In this document: piece after piece, positions 7,513 to 19,315 of the stretch
Position numbering within the stretch: position 1 is the first letter of the stretch
Layout of the letters: every line of letters begins with the position of its first letter
From: Pyrinomonadaceae bacterium
Lineage (GTDB): Bacteria; Acidobacteriota; Blastocatellia; Pyrinomonadales; Pyrinomonadaceae
Assembly (NCBI GenBank): GCA_035652995.1
Contig: DASRCS010000026.1
Coordinates: 580 to 64,579, forward strand
DNA length: 64,000 nucleotides
Direction: 5' to 3'
The notes under the pieces: model-generated
Told to the model about the DNA's origin: nothing
The model's database searches: none
The model's input: the letters and a program-made list of their open reading frames with translations, nothing else
Position numbers and translations under genes: made by a program

Positions 7513-10299
7513 CTACGCTCCCCCGCGCCACTGAGCAAGCGTCGCACGTACTACATTGGCATTTGGCGACTCAATCTGCTCGAAAATCTCAAGCGCCGCT
7601 TCGGCGTGCGCGATAGCGTGTGCGCGGTTGCCAAGTTCGTCGAGCGCCAAACTAGTGTTGAAGAGGTCAATCCCCTCGCCGCGTCGGTCGCCGATTTCGC
7701 GATCAATGATTAATGCCTGCTTATAGAACTCGACGGCGCGGCGCGTCTCGCCCAACGCCGCGTAGGCGCTGCCAAGATTGCCCAGCGCATTCCCCTCGCC
7801 GCGCCGGTCGCCTATCTCTCGCGCGATTGCAAGGTCTTGCTCATAGAACTCGACGGCTCGCCGCGGCTCGCCCAAGCTTCTGTAAGCGACGCCGAGATTG
7901 CCCAGTATTGCCCCCTCGCTGCGGCGGTCGCCGATCTCACGCATGATAGCTAGTGACTGCTCGTGGAATTCGACGGCTCGCCGCGGCTCGCCTAAATTTT
8001 TGTAAGCAACGCCAAGATTGCCCAGCGCATTCCCTTCGCCGCGCCGGTCGCCTATCTCTCGAACGATGACTAATTGTTGCTCGTAGAACTCGACGGCGCG
8101 GCGCGTCTCGCCCAAATCCGCGTAGGCTACGCCAAGATTGCCCAGCGCATTCCCTTCGCCGTGGCGGTCGCCTATCTCTCGTGCGATTGCGAGAAGTTGC
8201 TCGTGGAACTCGACGGCGCGGCGCGTCTCGCCCAACGCCGCGTAGGCTACGCCAAGATTGCCTAAATGTCTTCCCTCAGAGGCACGGTCTTTAAGTTGAC
8301 GCGCAGCCGCCAACGCAGCTTCGAGCCAGACGATGCGCTCGTCGCGTTGATGTTGGCGCAAGTCAAGCACGAACACACCGGCGTCAGGATAAGCATTACA
8401 CAACCGCGCGGCTGTCTCGTCCCCGCCGGATTGCCCGCACGCCCACTTCTGCCCGACCTCTATGTTCTGTCGCTCGGCGTCAAAGAGCGAAAGCCCGCTC
8501 CTGATTGCATCGCCGCCCCGCAAATAGAACTCGTCACACTCTCCGAGCACTCTCAGGTAATGCCAAGCGTGACGCATCAGGCTCTCGCTTCGCTCCGCCT
8601 CGCTCTGGCGAGAGTCCGCGAACAGGCGCGCGAGGTCGTGCAGGCGATAGCGATGCGTCTCTGTGTTGTAGAGTACGAGGCTGCGGCGGACGAGTTCGCT
8701 GAGATGTTTGTGCCCCTCGTCTTCACATATCGCTGCTTCCGCTCCGGCGTCGAACGTCGCGGGGAAGACCGAGAGACGGCGGAAGACGCGCGCGGCGTCC
8801 GTCGAAAGACGCTCGTAGCTCAGGTTGAAGGAGGCTTCGACGCCGATGTCAACGCCCTCAGTCCCGATATTCTCAAGGCGCGTGCGCTCGTCGCCGAGTT
8901 GCGCGGCGTACTCTTCGGGGTCGAGGTCAACCGTCACGTCGAGCAGGCTTCCCGCCGCGCGTATGGCGAGCGGAAGATAGCCGCACAGGTAACAAACACG
9001 ATCCGCAACATTGTTGGGGACACGCGCGCAGATTCCCGTTAAAAGTTCGCGCGCTTCCGTCGCGTTCAGTTGGTCGAGCGTGACGCGCGTCTTCATGCCC
9101 GGCAGCACAATCGCGTTGCGCGAAGTGATGAGCAAGGCCGAACCCGCCGGCGGCAGAAGCGGGCGCACCTGCGCGCTGTCCGAGGCGTTGTCGAGCAGTA
9201 CAAGAGCGCGCTTGCCTTCGAGGACGCTCGTGTAGAGTTGTTTTAACGATTCGATGTCGTCGGGCAGGCGCTGCTCGACGCCGACGAAGGCGCGTATGCA
9301 CGAGGCGAGCGCGTCCGCGGGGTCGCGCGGCGCGTCGCTCGTCCCGCGCATGTCCAGAACGAGTTGCGCGTCGGGGTATGCGTCGCGCAGGCGTTCGGCG
9401 ACGTAGAAGGAAAGCTCTGTCTTGCCGATGCCGCCCATGCCGCTGATGCCCGTGATGGCGGCGCTCCCGCCGCGGCGCAGCGTGGTGAGCAGTTCGGCAA
9501 TCTCCTTCTCGCGCCCGACGAAGTCACCGACGGGTGCGCGGAGTTGATGCAGGGTCGGAATGACGGGGCGGGGCGCTTCCTGGACAATCTTGTTGCCGCG
9601 CACCACGTCTCCCGCCGCATTTTCCACGACGACGTTATCGTCGCCCGTCACGGCGAGGTTGTCGTCTCCGCTGACGGCGACCGAGCGCGCGCCCGTAGCG
9701 ATGTTGAATCCCGCGCGGCGCAAACTCGACAGCAGGTTTTGATCGAGGCCGCTGAAATCTCTGATGCCGTCGAGCAACTGTTGAGCCTCGGCGCGCTGCA
9801 CCTCGCCGCGCGCCGCGCGTTCCAGCAAGGGCGTCAGAAAGTCTTTGAAGATTAGATTGTGAAGGTCGGCGGCAACGTCGGCGGCGAGTTTGCCGGGGCT
9901 TGTGAAGTCGGGGCCGATGATGTGGTTCGTGCGAAGTTCGTGTTTGAGCGTGTCGAGCTTTGCCGTCTGCGCCGCGTCGGTTTCGCGCAGGTCGTCGGGG
10001 ATTGTAGCGTCCGACTTGAAGTAGATGAGGCACGGCAGGCCGCGCTCGCGCGCGCGGCGGTATTCGTCTTCGGTTATGCCTGAGCCGTAGCGGGCGGCGA
10101 AGATGCCGACGTAGATGCTGCTCCGGTCAACGTCGTCGAGCGATGCGCGGCGCGTCGTCTCGTCGCGGCTGCCGAAGTATTCCATGCCGACGAACTGCGT
10201 CTCCTTCATCCGCATGACGGCTGCGCGGACGGCGTCGCGCTCAGGCTCAAGGTCAAGCCAGGTCGAACTGACGAAGACGGGGAGGATGGGCATTGCCAT
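7513..10299 (-). CDS. STAND/NLR-like NTPase: DUF4062-like N-terminal domain, NB-ARC P-loop, TPR repeats
   Basis: Start ATG at 10299 is preceded by GAGGAG. N-terminus PVFVSSTWLDLEPERDAV...IYVGIFAARYGS...LPCLIYF. Walker A GISGMGGIGKTELS and Walker B ALVLLDNA. At least 5 C-terminal 40-aa TPR units (GNLGVAY..LGE.RRAVEF.EQ.L.I.REIGDRR). Confidence 0.85.
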   Translation of the reverse strand: MAMPILPVFVSSTWLDLEPERDAVRAAVMRMKETQFVGMEYFGSRDETTRRASLDDVDRSSIYVGIFAARYGSGITEDEYRRARERGLPCLIYFKSDATIPDDLRETDAAQTAKLDTLKHELRTNHIIGPDFTSPGKLAADVAADLHNLIFKDFLTPLLERAARGEVQRAEAQQLLDGIRDFSGLDQNLLSSLRRAGFNIATGARSVAVSGDDNLAVTGDDNVVVENAAGDVVRGNKIVQEAPRPVIPTLHQLRAPVGDFVGREKEIAELLTTLRRGGSAAITGISGMGGIGKTELSFYVAERLRDAYPDAQLVLDMRGTSDAPRDPADALASCIRAFVGVEQRLPDDIESLKQLYTSVLEGKRALVLLDNASDSAQVRPLLPPAGSALLITSRNAIVLPGMKTRVTLDQLNATEARELLTGICARVPNNVADRVCYLCGYLPLAIRAAGSLLDVTVDLDPEEYAAQLGDERTRLENIGTEGVDIGVEASFNLSYERLSTDAARVFRRLSVFPATFDAGAEAAICEDEGHKHLSELVRRSLVLYNTETHRYRLHDLARLFADSRQSEAERSESLMRHAWHYLRVLGECDEFYLRGGDAIRSGLSLFDAERQNIEVGQKWACGQSGGDETAARLCNAYPDAGVFVLDLRQHQRDERIVWLEAALAAARQLKDRASEGRHLGNLGVAYAALGETRRAVEFHEQLLAIAREIGDRHGEGNALGNLGVAYADLGETRRAVEFYEQQLVIVREIGDRRGEGNALGNLGVAYKNLGEPRRAVEFHEQSLAIMREIGDRRSEGAILGNLGVAYRSLGEPRRAVEFYEQDLAIAREIGDRRGEGNALGNLGSAYAALGETRRAVEFYKQALIIDREIGDRRGEGIDLFNTSLALDELGNRAHAIAHAEAALEIFEQIESPNANVVRATLAQWRGGA
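7678..8280. repeat. five tandem, highly similar 120-bp repeats inside the STAND gene (TPR-encoding units)
   Basis: Blocks such as gccaagattgcccagcgcattcccttcgccg and ctcgtagaactcgacggcgcggcgcgtctcgcccaa recur with a 120-nt period. Confidence 0.8.
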
Positions 10300-10611
10300 T
10301 AGCTCGCTCCTCACGCGAAGGTTTTTGTGAGTCCGTGCGCGCCGGGTCGCGTGTCAAGGTTCGGCGGCGGCTGCGGCGGCGTTGAATGTCGCGGGGCAAC
10401 GATACAGTCGCAAGCGCCTGTTGTAAATGGATTCGACGCGCGCCTGGTGCGTGCGCGAGAAAGATTGCGGGCGGCGCGATGCGCTTGCCGCGCGGGGCGG
10501 TTTCTGATACACAAGCAGCCACGCGGTTAATTTCTCAGACGCAGAAGGGCGCACGTGGTCTCCTGCCGCGCGCGTCCGTCCAGTTCTTCGAGTTGAGGTT
10601 TTAAGGCGAAC

Positions 10612-12570
<1,959 letters not shown>

Positions 12571-12573
<3 letters not shown>

Positions 12574-12662
12574 TGAGTGCGGAATGATGAGTGATGAATG
12601 ATGAATGTGGAGCGGCGGGACTTGTTTTCAATTCATCATTCATCACTCATCACTCATCATTT
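12571..12662. repeat. heptamer-arm hairpin element (unit TGATGAG/TGATGAA)
   Basis: tgatgagtgcggaatgatgagtgatgaatgatgaatg ... attcatcattcatcactcatcactcatcat. Inverted arms built of 7-nt tandem units, directly after the acs stop. Confidence 0.8.
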
Positions 12663-12733
12663 CCCCAAATTCCGGCGGCTTTAGCCGTTTATTTCTAACG
12701 TCCGAAAGTTCTGATTCCAACGGAGGCTCGATC

Positions 12734-13114
12734 ATGTCCGTCCACTTTACCGAACAGCGCTTGGGGCCGCGCTACCTCGTCCACATCAGCGTGCGCGCCG
12801 AGTGGGACGACGAGCGTTCTGGCGAGCACGTCGTCGCCGAGGGCGAGACCGAGAACATCGGGCCGACGGGCGCGCTCGTCCACCTGGAGCGCCTGCCGGA
12901 TGTCGGAAGCCGCGTCCACCTGACCGTGCCCGACCCCGAAGGCAAGCCGCTCGAAACGGTCGCCGAGGTCATCAGGTTGGAGCGCAACCCCGTCCAGCCG
13001 CTCGCCGCGCTGCAACTGACGGGCGAGACCGACGAGTGGCGCGGGCTGGTCTGGGAACCCGCAGGGATACGCGAGCAGCAGCCGGACGAGAACTACGAGG
13101 ACTACATCGAGTAG
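12734..13114 (+). CDS. PilZ domain protein (putative c-di-GMP receptor)
   Basis: ATG at 12734 after GGAGG. RLGPR (RxxxR) then NIGPTGA (D/NxSxxG-like) motifs, 126 aa. Confidence 0.7.
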   Translation: MSVHFTEQRLGPRYLVHISVRAEWDDERSGEHVVAEGETENIGPTGALVHLERLPDVGSRVHLTVPDPEGKPLETVAEVIRLERNPVQPLAALQLTGETDEWRGLVWEPAGIREQQPDENYEDYIE

Positions 13115-13174
13115 CCGCGCCGCGCGCCGGTCGTGCGTCGCAGGCCCGACCGCGCGCCGCCGCCGAAGACGACG

Positions 13175-13220
13175 AACGCCCAGCCGCGCTGTCGAATCAG
13201 CCCGGCTGGGCGTTGTTTTC
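13175..13220 (+). terminator. intrinsic terminator after the PilZ gene
   Basis: AACGCCCAGCCG ... CGGCTGGGCGTT stem followed by GTTTTC. Confidence 0.6.
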
Positions 13221-13328
13221 GCGAGGCGAGTTGGTGCATCATGGCGGCCAAGTCGAAGCGCCCGGCGGCGGGTCTCGAAAGCTCAGGTCAGTAGCGTTGA
13301 GAGTTCGGGCGTTAGAAGGAGACCGAAG

Positions 13329-14684
13329 TTGGCGAAGCAGAAGGAGGTCACGCGGCACGGCAACGTCGTCCGCGAGGACGAGCGCCGCGACGCGGAGTCG
13401 AGGGCGGCGGTCGCGCTCACGGAGGCGAAGGCGCGCGTCGTGCTGCGGCTCGCGACGCGCTCGGTGCTGTGGCTCGCCTTCCTCGTCCTGATTCTCTACT
13501 ACCTGTTCGAGGCCGCGCTCTGGGTCGTGGACACGATGATGGGCATCCTGCTCGTCATCGTCCTCGCGATCTTCTTCGCGTACCTCATCGCGCCGCTCGT
13601 CGAACTCGTGCGCCGGCCCTTCAACGCGCGCGGGCGCGAGCGCGTGATGCCGCGCTGGCTCGCCATCGCCGTCGTCTATCTGGCGATGTTCGGCTCGTTC
13701 GCCGTCGCCGCGTGGGTTCTCGTCCCGCGCGTCGGAGTACAGATGGCCGAGATCACGACGAACGCGCCGCAGTACATGACGAACGCGAAGACGCGCGCCG
13801 ACCGCCTGAATAAGATTTACGAAGACCTCAACCTTCCGCCCTCCGTCCGCAAGGCCGCGAACGACGCCGCCACGCGCACCATCAACGAGGCCGGGGCCTA
13901 CATCACGGGTCAGGGCTTCGAGAGCGCGGTCTCCCTGCTCGGCTACCTGCCGTGGCTCGTGCTCGTGCCGATACTCGCCTTCTTCTTCCTCAAAGATGCG
14001 GACAGCTTCCGCCGCTCCGCGCTGATGATGCTCCCGCAGGGGCGCATCCGCTGGCGCGGCGACGAGTTCTTTCAGGACGTGAACTCGACGCTCGCCGCCT
14101 ACATCCGCGCGCAGCTCATCGCGTGCCTGCTCATCGGGAGCATCTGCACCGCCGCGTTTGCCGTCGCGCAGGTGCGCTATGCTTTGGTGCTCGGCGTCGT
14201 CGCGGGACTGTTGGAGTTCATCCCTTTGCTCGGCCCGCTCGTCGTCGCCGTCATCGCGGGCACGGTCGCGGGCTTCGACTCGGCGTCGAAGGCCCTGCTC
14301 ATACTCCTCTTCCTCGGCGCGCTGCGGATCGTGCAGGACTACGTCCTCTACCCGCGCATCATCGGCTCGGGCATCCACCTCCACCCGCTCGCCGTCATCC
14401 TCGCCATCCTCGCCGGCCACGAGATCGCTGGCGTCGCCGGAATCTTCCTCGCCATCCCGGTCATCGCCGTGCTCACGGTCACTTATCGTCACTGGCTCGA
14501 ACACCGCGGCAGCGCCGGACTCGTCGCCGAACTTCTGAGGCCTGCCGAGACGCCCGCCGTCGAGACGCCGCCCGCGGCGGAAGAGATCGCCGGAGCGGAG
14601 AAGGCTTCGTCGCCCGCGCTGCAATCTTCGTCGCCCGCGAAGAATGTTGGTACTGCGGACGCGCCGCCGCAGCCCGCCCAATAA
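13329..14684 (+). CDS. AI-2E family transporter (PerM/UPF0118)
   Basis: TTG start after GGAG. Multi-TM protein with the FFAYLIAPLV, FIPLLGP and GIFLAIPV motifs typical of this family. Confidence 0.8.
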   Translation: MAKQKEVTRHGNVVREDERRDAESRAAVALTEAKARVVLRLATRSVLWLAFLVLILYYLFEAALWVVDTMMGILLVIVLAIFFAYLIAPLVELVRRPFNARGRERVMPRWLAIAVVYLAMFGSFAVAAWVLVPRVGVQMAEITTNAPQYMTNAKTRADRLNKIYEDLNLPPSVRKAANDAATRTINEAGAYITGQGFESAVSLLGYLPWLVLVPILAFFFLKDADSFRRSALMMLPQGRIRWRGDEFFQDVNSTLAAYIRAQLIACLLIGSICTAAFAVAQVRYALVLGVVAGLLEFIPLLGPLVVAVIAGTVAGFDSASKALLILLFLGALRIVQDYVLYPRIIGSGIHLHPLAVILAILAGHEIAGVAGIFLAIPVIAVLTVTYRHWLEHRGSAGLVAELLRPAETPAVETPPAAEEIAGAEKASSPALQSSSPAKNVGTADAPPQPAQ

Positions 14685-14865
14685 ACTTGTTGATTATTTT
14701 TCCGAATTGAGGCTTAATGTCCGCTGTTCCAGGTCGCCCGCAGCAGACGGAAGCACGTTCACTTCCGTACAGACAAGGGGGCGATTATTCTTTAGCTTTG
14801 CCCTTTGCGTTTCGCGCCCTGACTTCCACACTCTGCCGGACAACAGATTTAAGGAGTTCCCCCGG

Positions 14866-15279
14866 ATGTCGCATCCCCGCAGGCGCATCCTTTGCGCCGA
14901 ACCACACGAAGACACGTGTAGCCTCATCACCCTGCTGCTCGAAGAGCAGGGCCACGAAGTAGTCGCGGCCAACTCCGTCGCCGAGTGCGTCGCGCTGGTC
15001 GGCCACGAGCGCTTCGACCTCTACATGCTCGACGACGAGTACATTGACGGGTCGGGCATCGAACTCTGCAAGCGCCTGCGCGAGATGACGCCGGAGACGC
15101 CCATCCTCTTCTTCTCGGCACAAGCCTTCAGCCGCGAGCGCGAGTTGGCGTTCGGCGCCGGCGCGAGCGCCTACCTGACGAAACCCAACGACCTTTTCGA
15201 GATCGTCCAGACCGTTAACTCGATCCTCCTGGGCAAGGCGACTCGCCGCGGCCCGGCGAACGAGGCCGAAAAGCCTTGA
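14866..15279 (+). CDS. single-domain response-regulator receiver protein (atypical acidic pocket)
   Basis: ATG at 14866 after AAGGAG. FDLYMLDD (acceptor Asp present), FFSAQ (Ser at the T87 position), YLTKP (Lys). The N-terminal DD pair is replaced by EP. Confidence 0.8.
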   Translation: MSHPRRRILCAEPHEDTCSLITLLLEEQGHEVVAANSVAECVALVGHERFDLYMLDDEYIDGSGIELCKRLREMTPETPILFFSAQAFSRERELAFGAGASAYLTKPNDLFEIVQTVNSILLGKATRRGPANEAEKP

Positions 15280-15361
15280 CGCTCGCCGCTTCTGCGTTTA
15301 AATTTACACATCCCCTGAGCTTCCCCTTTTTTCTGACTCTCTCTTCGTCGGGGTGTGTCTG

Positions 15362-15733
15362 ATGCAAGGAGGAAAGCGGCGCATCCTCTGCGCCGAGTCG
15401 AACAAGGACGTGGGCGACCTGATCGCCCTGATGCTCACGCAGAAAGGCTACGAGGTCGAGTCGGTGCAGACCGCCGCCGACTGTCTGAAGCTCGCGATGA
15501 CCGAGCGCTTCGACCTCTACATCCTCAACGACACCTACATTGACGGCGACAGCCTCGAACTCTGCCGCGAGCTGCGCGCGCTCGACCCCGCGACGCCCGT
15601 CCTCCTCTTCTCGCTCGAAAGCTCCGGCCCGAACCGCGACAAGCCCGTCCAGACCGGCGTCAAAATCTACCAGAGCAAGACCTCCGACTTCGTCTCGCTC
15701 GTGCAGACGATTGACCGGCTCCTGCGGTCGTAG
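15362..15733 (+). CDS. receiver-like protein, paralog of the preceding gene, phospho-acceptor Asp replaced by Asn
   Basis: Colinear with the 14866 gene (RRILCAE..., ERFDLYILND, ELC.ELR). LYILND replaces LYMLDD. Confidence 0.7.
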   Translation: MQGGKRRILCAESNKDVGDLIALMLTQKGYEVESVQTAADCLKLAMTERFDLYILNDTYIDGDSLELCRELRALDPATPVLLFSLESSGPNRDKPVQTGVKIYQSKTSDFVSLVQTIDRLLRS

Positions 15734-15742
15734 AAGAGGGCG

Positions 15743-15827
15743 AAGGCAAAAGAAGGCGAACGGGAAACGGCGCGGCCCTCAACTTTCAACGAGGGCCGCG
15801 CCGTTCCTTGTCTGCACTTTTGCCTTT
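15743..15827. repeat. hairpin element with GGCAAAA-type outer arms and a GC-rich inner stem; probable bidirectional terminator
   Basis: aaggcaaaag...aacggcgcggccctc aactttcaac gagggccgcgccgtt...cttttgcctt, between convergent genes. Confidence 0.7.
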
Positions 15828-15838
15828 TGACTTTGGCC

Positions 15839-16951
15839 TCAGCCCGCGACGCGGGACTGCTCCATCAACTCGATGAAGCGGCGGAAGTGGTGCTCGGCGT
15901 CGTGCGGGCCGGGCGCGGCCTCCGGGTGGTACTGCACCGAGATGATGGGCAGGCTCTTGTGTCGCATCCCCTCGACGCAACTGTCGTTGAGGTTGACGTG
16001 CGTGACTTCGACATCCGCGGGGAGGCTTCCGGCCTCGACCGCGAAGCCGTGGTTGTGCGAAGTGATCTCGACGCGGCCCGTGTGCAAGTCCTTGACGGGC
16101 TGGTTGCCGCCGCGGTGCCCGAAGCGGAGTTTGTAAGTCGCCGCGCCGAACGCGCGACCGAGCAGTTGATGACCGAAGCAGATGCCGAACGTCGGCACGC
16201 CTTCGCCCACGAGCTTGCGAATCTCCTCGACGACCGCCGTCATCGAGGCCGGGTCGCCCGGCCCGTTCGAGAGGTAAATCCCGTCCGGCCCCATCGCGAG
16301 GACTTCCGACGCGGGCGTCGAGGCCGGAACTACGCGGACGCGGCAGCCCGCGCGCGCAAGCTCGTTCAGGGAGTTGCGCTTCACGCCGAAGTCGTAGCAG
16401 ACGACGCGGAACTTCTCTTCGCCGACCGCCGCGACTTCGTAAGGCCGGCTCGTCGTCACCACGCTCGCGAGTTCCCTGTTCTCCATCGGCGCGGACGCGA
16501 GCGTCTTCTCAAGCAGACTCTTCTCGTCGAGGTCAACCGTCGAGAGGCACGCGCGCATCGCGCCCTTGTCCCTGATGTGGCGGACGAGAGCGCGCGTGTC
16601 CACGCGGTCAATCGCGGGGATGCCCCAGCGCTTCAGGTACGCGTCCAGACTCTCCTCCGAGCGCCAGCTCGACGCCACGGCGCTCGCCTCGCGCACGACG
16701 AAGCCCTCGACCCAAGGGCGCGATGATTCTTCGTCGGCGCGGTTCACGCCGTAGTTGCCGATGAGCGGGTAGGTCATGCAGACGATCTGCCCCGCGTATG
16801 AAGGGTCGGTCAGGACTTCCTGATAGCCCGACATCGAAGTGTTGAAAACCATCTCGCCGCAGCGTTCGCCTTCCGCGCCCCACGCGCGACCGCGGAACGC
16901 TCGACCGTCTTCGAGCACGAGCAGCGCCGGCCTGTTCTCTCTGTTTGTCAT
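15839..16951 (-). CDS. carA: carbamoyl-phosphate synthase small (glutaminase) subunit
   Basis: [21 protein letters not shown]..., [32 protein letters not shown] catalytic Cys, HNHGF. Confidence 0.95.
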   Translation of the reverse strand: MTNRENRPALLVLEDGRAFRGRAWGAEGERCGEMVFNTSMSGYQEVLTDPSYAGQIVCMTYPLIGNYGVNRADEESSRPWVEGFVVREASAVASSWRSEESLDAYLKRWGIPAIDRVDTRALVRHIRDKGAMRACLSTVDLDEKSLLEKTLASAPMENRELASVVTTSRPYEVAAVGEEKFRVVCYDFGVKRNSLNELARAGCRVRVVPASTPASEVLAMGPDGIYLSNGPGDPASMTAVVEEIRKLVGEGVPTFGICFGHQLLGRAFGAATYKLRFGHRGGNQPVKDLHTGRVEITSHNHGFAVEAGSLPADVEVTHVNLNDSCVEGMRHKSLPIISVQYHPEAAPGPHDAEHHFRRFIELMEQSRVAG

Positions 16952-16980
16952 CCCGTTTGATTCAAAGCTGCGTGATTCCT

Positions 16981-18312
16981 TCAAGCCTGTGTCCGCAAAA
17001 ATTGCTGGGCCTCGTTGAGCCAGCGCTTGTCGGCGCGGTACTTGTAGGCGGGCGCGGTGCGGACTGACTCGACGCAGCGCTGCATCCACTCCTTCGCCTC
17101 GCGCGGGTTGCCGAGTCCGAAGACCGCGCGCCCCATGAGGTAAAGTCCCTCGGGGTCGGAATGGCGGCGTTCGAGGAAGCGCCGCAATGCGTCGCGCGCG
17201 TCGGCGTACTGCCCCGCCGCGAGGTAGGTCGCGCCGACCTCGCGCCAGATTTCGTGTTGGGCGTGCGCGTCGTCGCGCGTGACCACCTCGCCGAAGTGTG
17301 CGATGGCGTCGGGCAGGCGGCCTTGCGCGCGCGCGATGCGGCCGAGCTGGTAGTGCGCGTCGGTCTCTTCCGGGTCAATCTCGATTGCGCGCTGGAAGCG
17401 CTCGCGCGCCGCCTCCAACTCGCGGCGCTGCTCGTGAAGTAGTCCGAGGTTGTAGTGCGCCGACGCGTCCGCGGGGTTGAGCGTCGCGGCTTCGAGGTTC
17501 TGCCGGAACGAAGCGCGGGCGCGCTGGCCGCGCATCAACTCGCCGACGTAGCCGCGCAGGAAGAAGAAGAGCAGCAGGATGATGAACGGCGCGCCGAGCA
17601 AAGAGGTGAGGATTCGCAGCACGAGGGGCGAGAGGACGAACATCAGGATCGTGCTCAACACGACCACGAGCAGCGCCTTGAGCCACGACACGCGAAAGAC
17701 CTCGCGCACAGCCGGCACGGCCCACAGGCTGAAGAGCGTCAGCGGTTGAATCAACATGAGCAGCAGGGCGTTCCTCAGCACGCCCATCATCTGACTCAAC
17801 TGATTCATCTGCTCGGGCGTCAGGTCGCCGGAAGCCGGGTGGCTGAAGGCCTGCTGCGCGGTCTGTTGCGTGGCGGCGAGCGTCTCCACCACCGCCGCCT
17901 CGTTCAGGCCGGCGGCACTCGCGACGTAGGCCAGCGGGATCGCGATGATGCTCGCGGCGGCCAGCGCGTAGAAGGTCGCCGAGGCCATCGGCGCGTACTC
18001 CTGTCGCAGCACGACGCCGAAGCTCGCCCGCCGCTCGAACAAGTTTGTCAGAAGAATCGCCAGCGGGACGAAGACGAGCGCGACGATGAACAAGTACCCG
18101 GCGGAGGCGAAGAGCGCGCTCACGAACGCCAGCGCGCCGGAGAGCGCGGCGACGCCGGCCAACAGTTGCCACTGTGCGAAGACCGTGTGCGCCGCCAGAA
18201 GCAGGAGCGCGAGCAGCGCCGCCGGGCCGAGCGGAGCGCGGTCGCGCACCTCGGCCATCCCGCGCGCGGGCGCGTAGAACATCAGCAGCAATGGTCGCAG
18301 CCAGTCGGACAT
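16981..18312 (-). CDS. multi-pass membrane protein with C-terminal TPR repeats
   Basis: Several hydrophobic helices followed by TPR-like AHYNLGLL...AIEIDP...AHYQLGRI... Confidence 0.7.
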   Translation of the reverse strand: MSDWLRPLLLMFYAPARGMAEVRDRAPLGPAALLALLLLAAHTVFAQWQLLAGVAALSGALAFVSALFASAGYLFIVALVFVPLAILLTNLFERRASFGVVLRQEYAPMASATFYALAAASIIAIPLAYVASAAGLNEAAVVETLAATQQTAQQAFSHPASGDLTPEQMNQLSQMMGVLRNALLLMLIQPLTLFSLWAVPAVREVFRVSWLKALLVVVLSTILMFVLSPLVLRILTSLLGAPFIILLLFFFLRGYVGELMRGQRARASFRQNLEAATLNPADASAHYNLGLLHEQRRELEAARERFQRAIEIDPEETDAHYQLGRIARAQGRLPDAIAHFGEVVTRDDAHAQHEIWREVGATYLAAGQYADARDALRRFLERRHSDPEGLYLMGRAVFGLGNPREAKEWMQRCVESVRTAPAYKYRADKRWLNEAQQFLRTQA

Positions 18313-18380
18313 AAAAGCAGGCGGCAGTAGGCAGCGGGCAGACGGCTGTCGTTAGTTTGCAATTTCAAGTTTGAAATTTC

Positions 18381-18411
18381 AAATTCAAAAGCCGGGTCGA
18401 ATGCCCGGCTT
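18381..18411 (-). terminator. intrinsic terminator downstream of lepB
   Basis: AAGCCGGGCATTCGACCCGGCTT stem followed on the - strand by TTTGAATTT. Confidence 0.65.
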
Positions 18412-18534
18412 CGTAAAAATCAGAGCCTGAAATGTTCGGCCCGGAATCGCCGGGCGTCGAAAGCCGGTCGGCAGTTCGCCGCCTCTCCCGCGAGCCGCGC
18501 CGACGCGCTTCCGACGGCTTGTGATTCTTCCGCG

Positions 18535-19227
18535 TCACTCGTCCGACTCTTCCGCGTGCTGCGCGCGGCGGTCGGGGACGCCGGGGTAGTCGGTCTCGTG
18601 GCGGATGATGCTGGCCTTCGAGAGCGGCCAGTAGCGGACGAGCGCCTTGCCGTAGATGTACTTCTCCGGCACCAGCCCCCACGAGCGCGAATCGCTTGAG
18701 TTGTCGCGGTTGTCGCCCATGACGAAGTAGTAGTGCGGCTTGACGTAGGTCGGCGGGCGGTCTTCGTCGGCGACGTTCAGGGTCGGGTCAATGTAAGGCT
18801 CCGGCAGTTCCCTGCCGTTGATGTAGATTCTCCCCGCGCGCATCTGCACGGTCTCGCCCGGCAGGCCGATGACGCGCTTGATGTAACTCTTCGAGGGGTC
18901 GTCGGGGAACCAGAAGACGACGATGTCGCCGCGCTGGATTTCGGGCAGGCCGTAGTAGATGAGCTTGTTGACGAAGATGCGCTCGCCGTCGTGCAGCCGC
19001 GGCAGCATCGAAGTCCCCTCGACCTTCACCGGCTGCGCGACGAAGACCAGCACCAGCGACATGATCATCAGCGCGAAGACCAGGTCGCGGAACAGCAGCC
19101 GCGCCTCGCCCCAGAAGTGCGCGCGCGATTCGTCCGAGAGGCGGCGCACCTCTATGTCGCGGTCGTCGCTCGCGTCAACGTCGCCGAACGCGTGCGTGCG
19201 CCGGCCATTTCGTCCGAAGAAGAGCAT
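18535..19227 (-). CDS. lepB: signal peptidase I
   Basis: GTSMLPRL (catalytic Ser box), [17 protein letters not shown] (Lys box), [13 protein letters not shown]. Confidence 0.95.
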   Translation of the reverse strand: MLFFGRNGRRTHAFGDVDASDDRDIEVRRLSDESRAHFWGEARLLFRDLVFALMIMSLVLVFVAQPVKVEGTSMLPRLHDGERIFVNKLIYYGLPEIQRGDIVVFWFPDDPSKSYIKRVIGLPGETVQMRAGRIYINGRELPEPYIDPTLNVADEDRPPTYVKPHYYFVMGDNRDNSSDSRSWGLVPEKYIYGKALVRYWPLSKASIIRHETDYPGVPDRRAQHAEESDE

Positions 19228-19315
19228 ACGTGTTTTCAGATGCGCCGGCGGACTGCCGCATCACGGCTGCGCCGCACGTCCGAGGTTAGTCGCGGCGCGC
19301 ACGCCTTGTCAAAAG

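Noticed and set aside
7118-7534. ORF with a 7-aa periodic sequence (ITPCYEE/IARCYEV/...) across the 21-bp repeats. The array could also be mistaken for a CRISPR.
   Set aside because: The periodic peptide is only the translation of the 21-bp DNA repeat, and there is no start signal. The array has no unique spacers between repeats and the repeats are degenerate, so it is not a CRISPR array.
16940-17045. Apparent one-base disagreement between my hand count of the printed sequence and the ORF-track frames near the carA start and the stop of the 16981 gene.
   Set aside because: Three independent ORF translations in three frames read through the site consistently, so this is almost certainly my counting error rather than a frameshift. 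The coordinates there were taken from ORF-track arithmetic.
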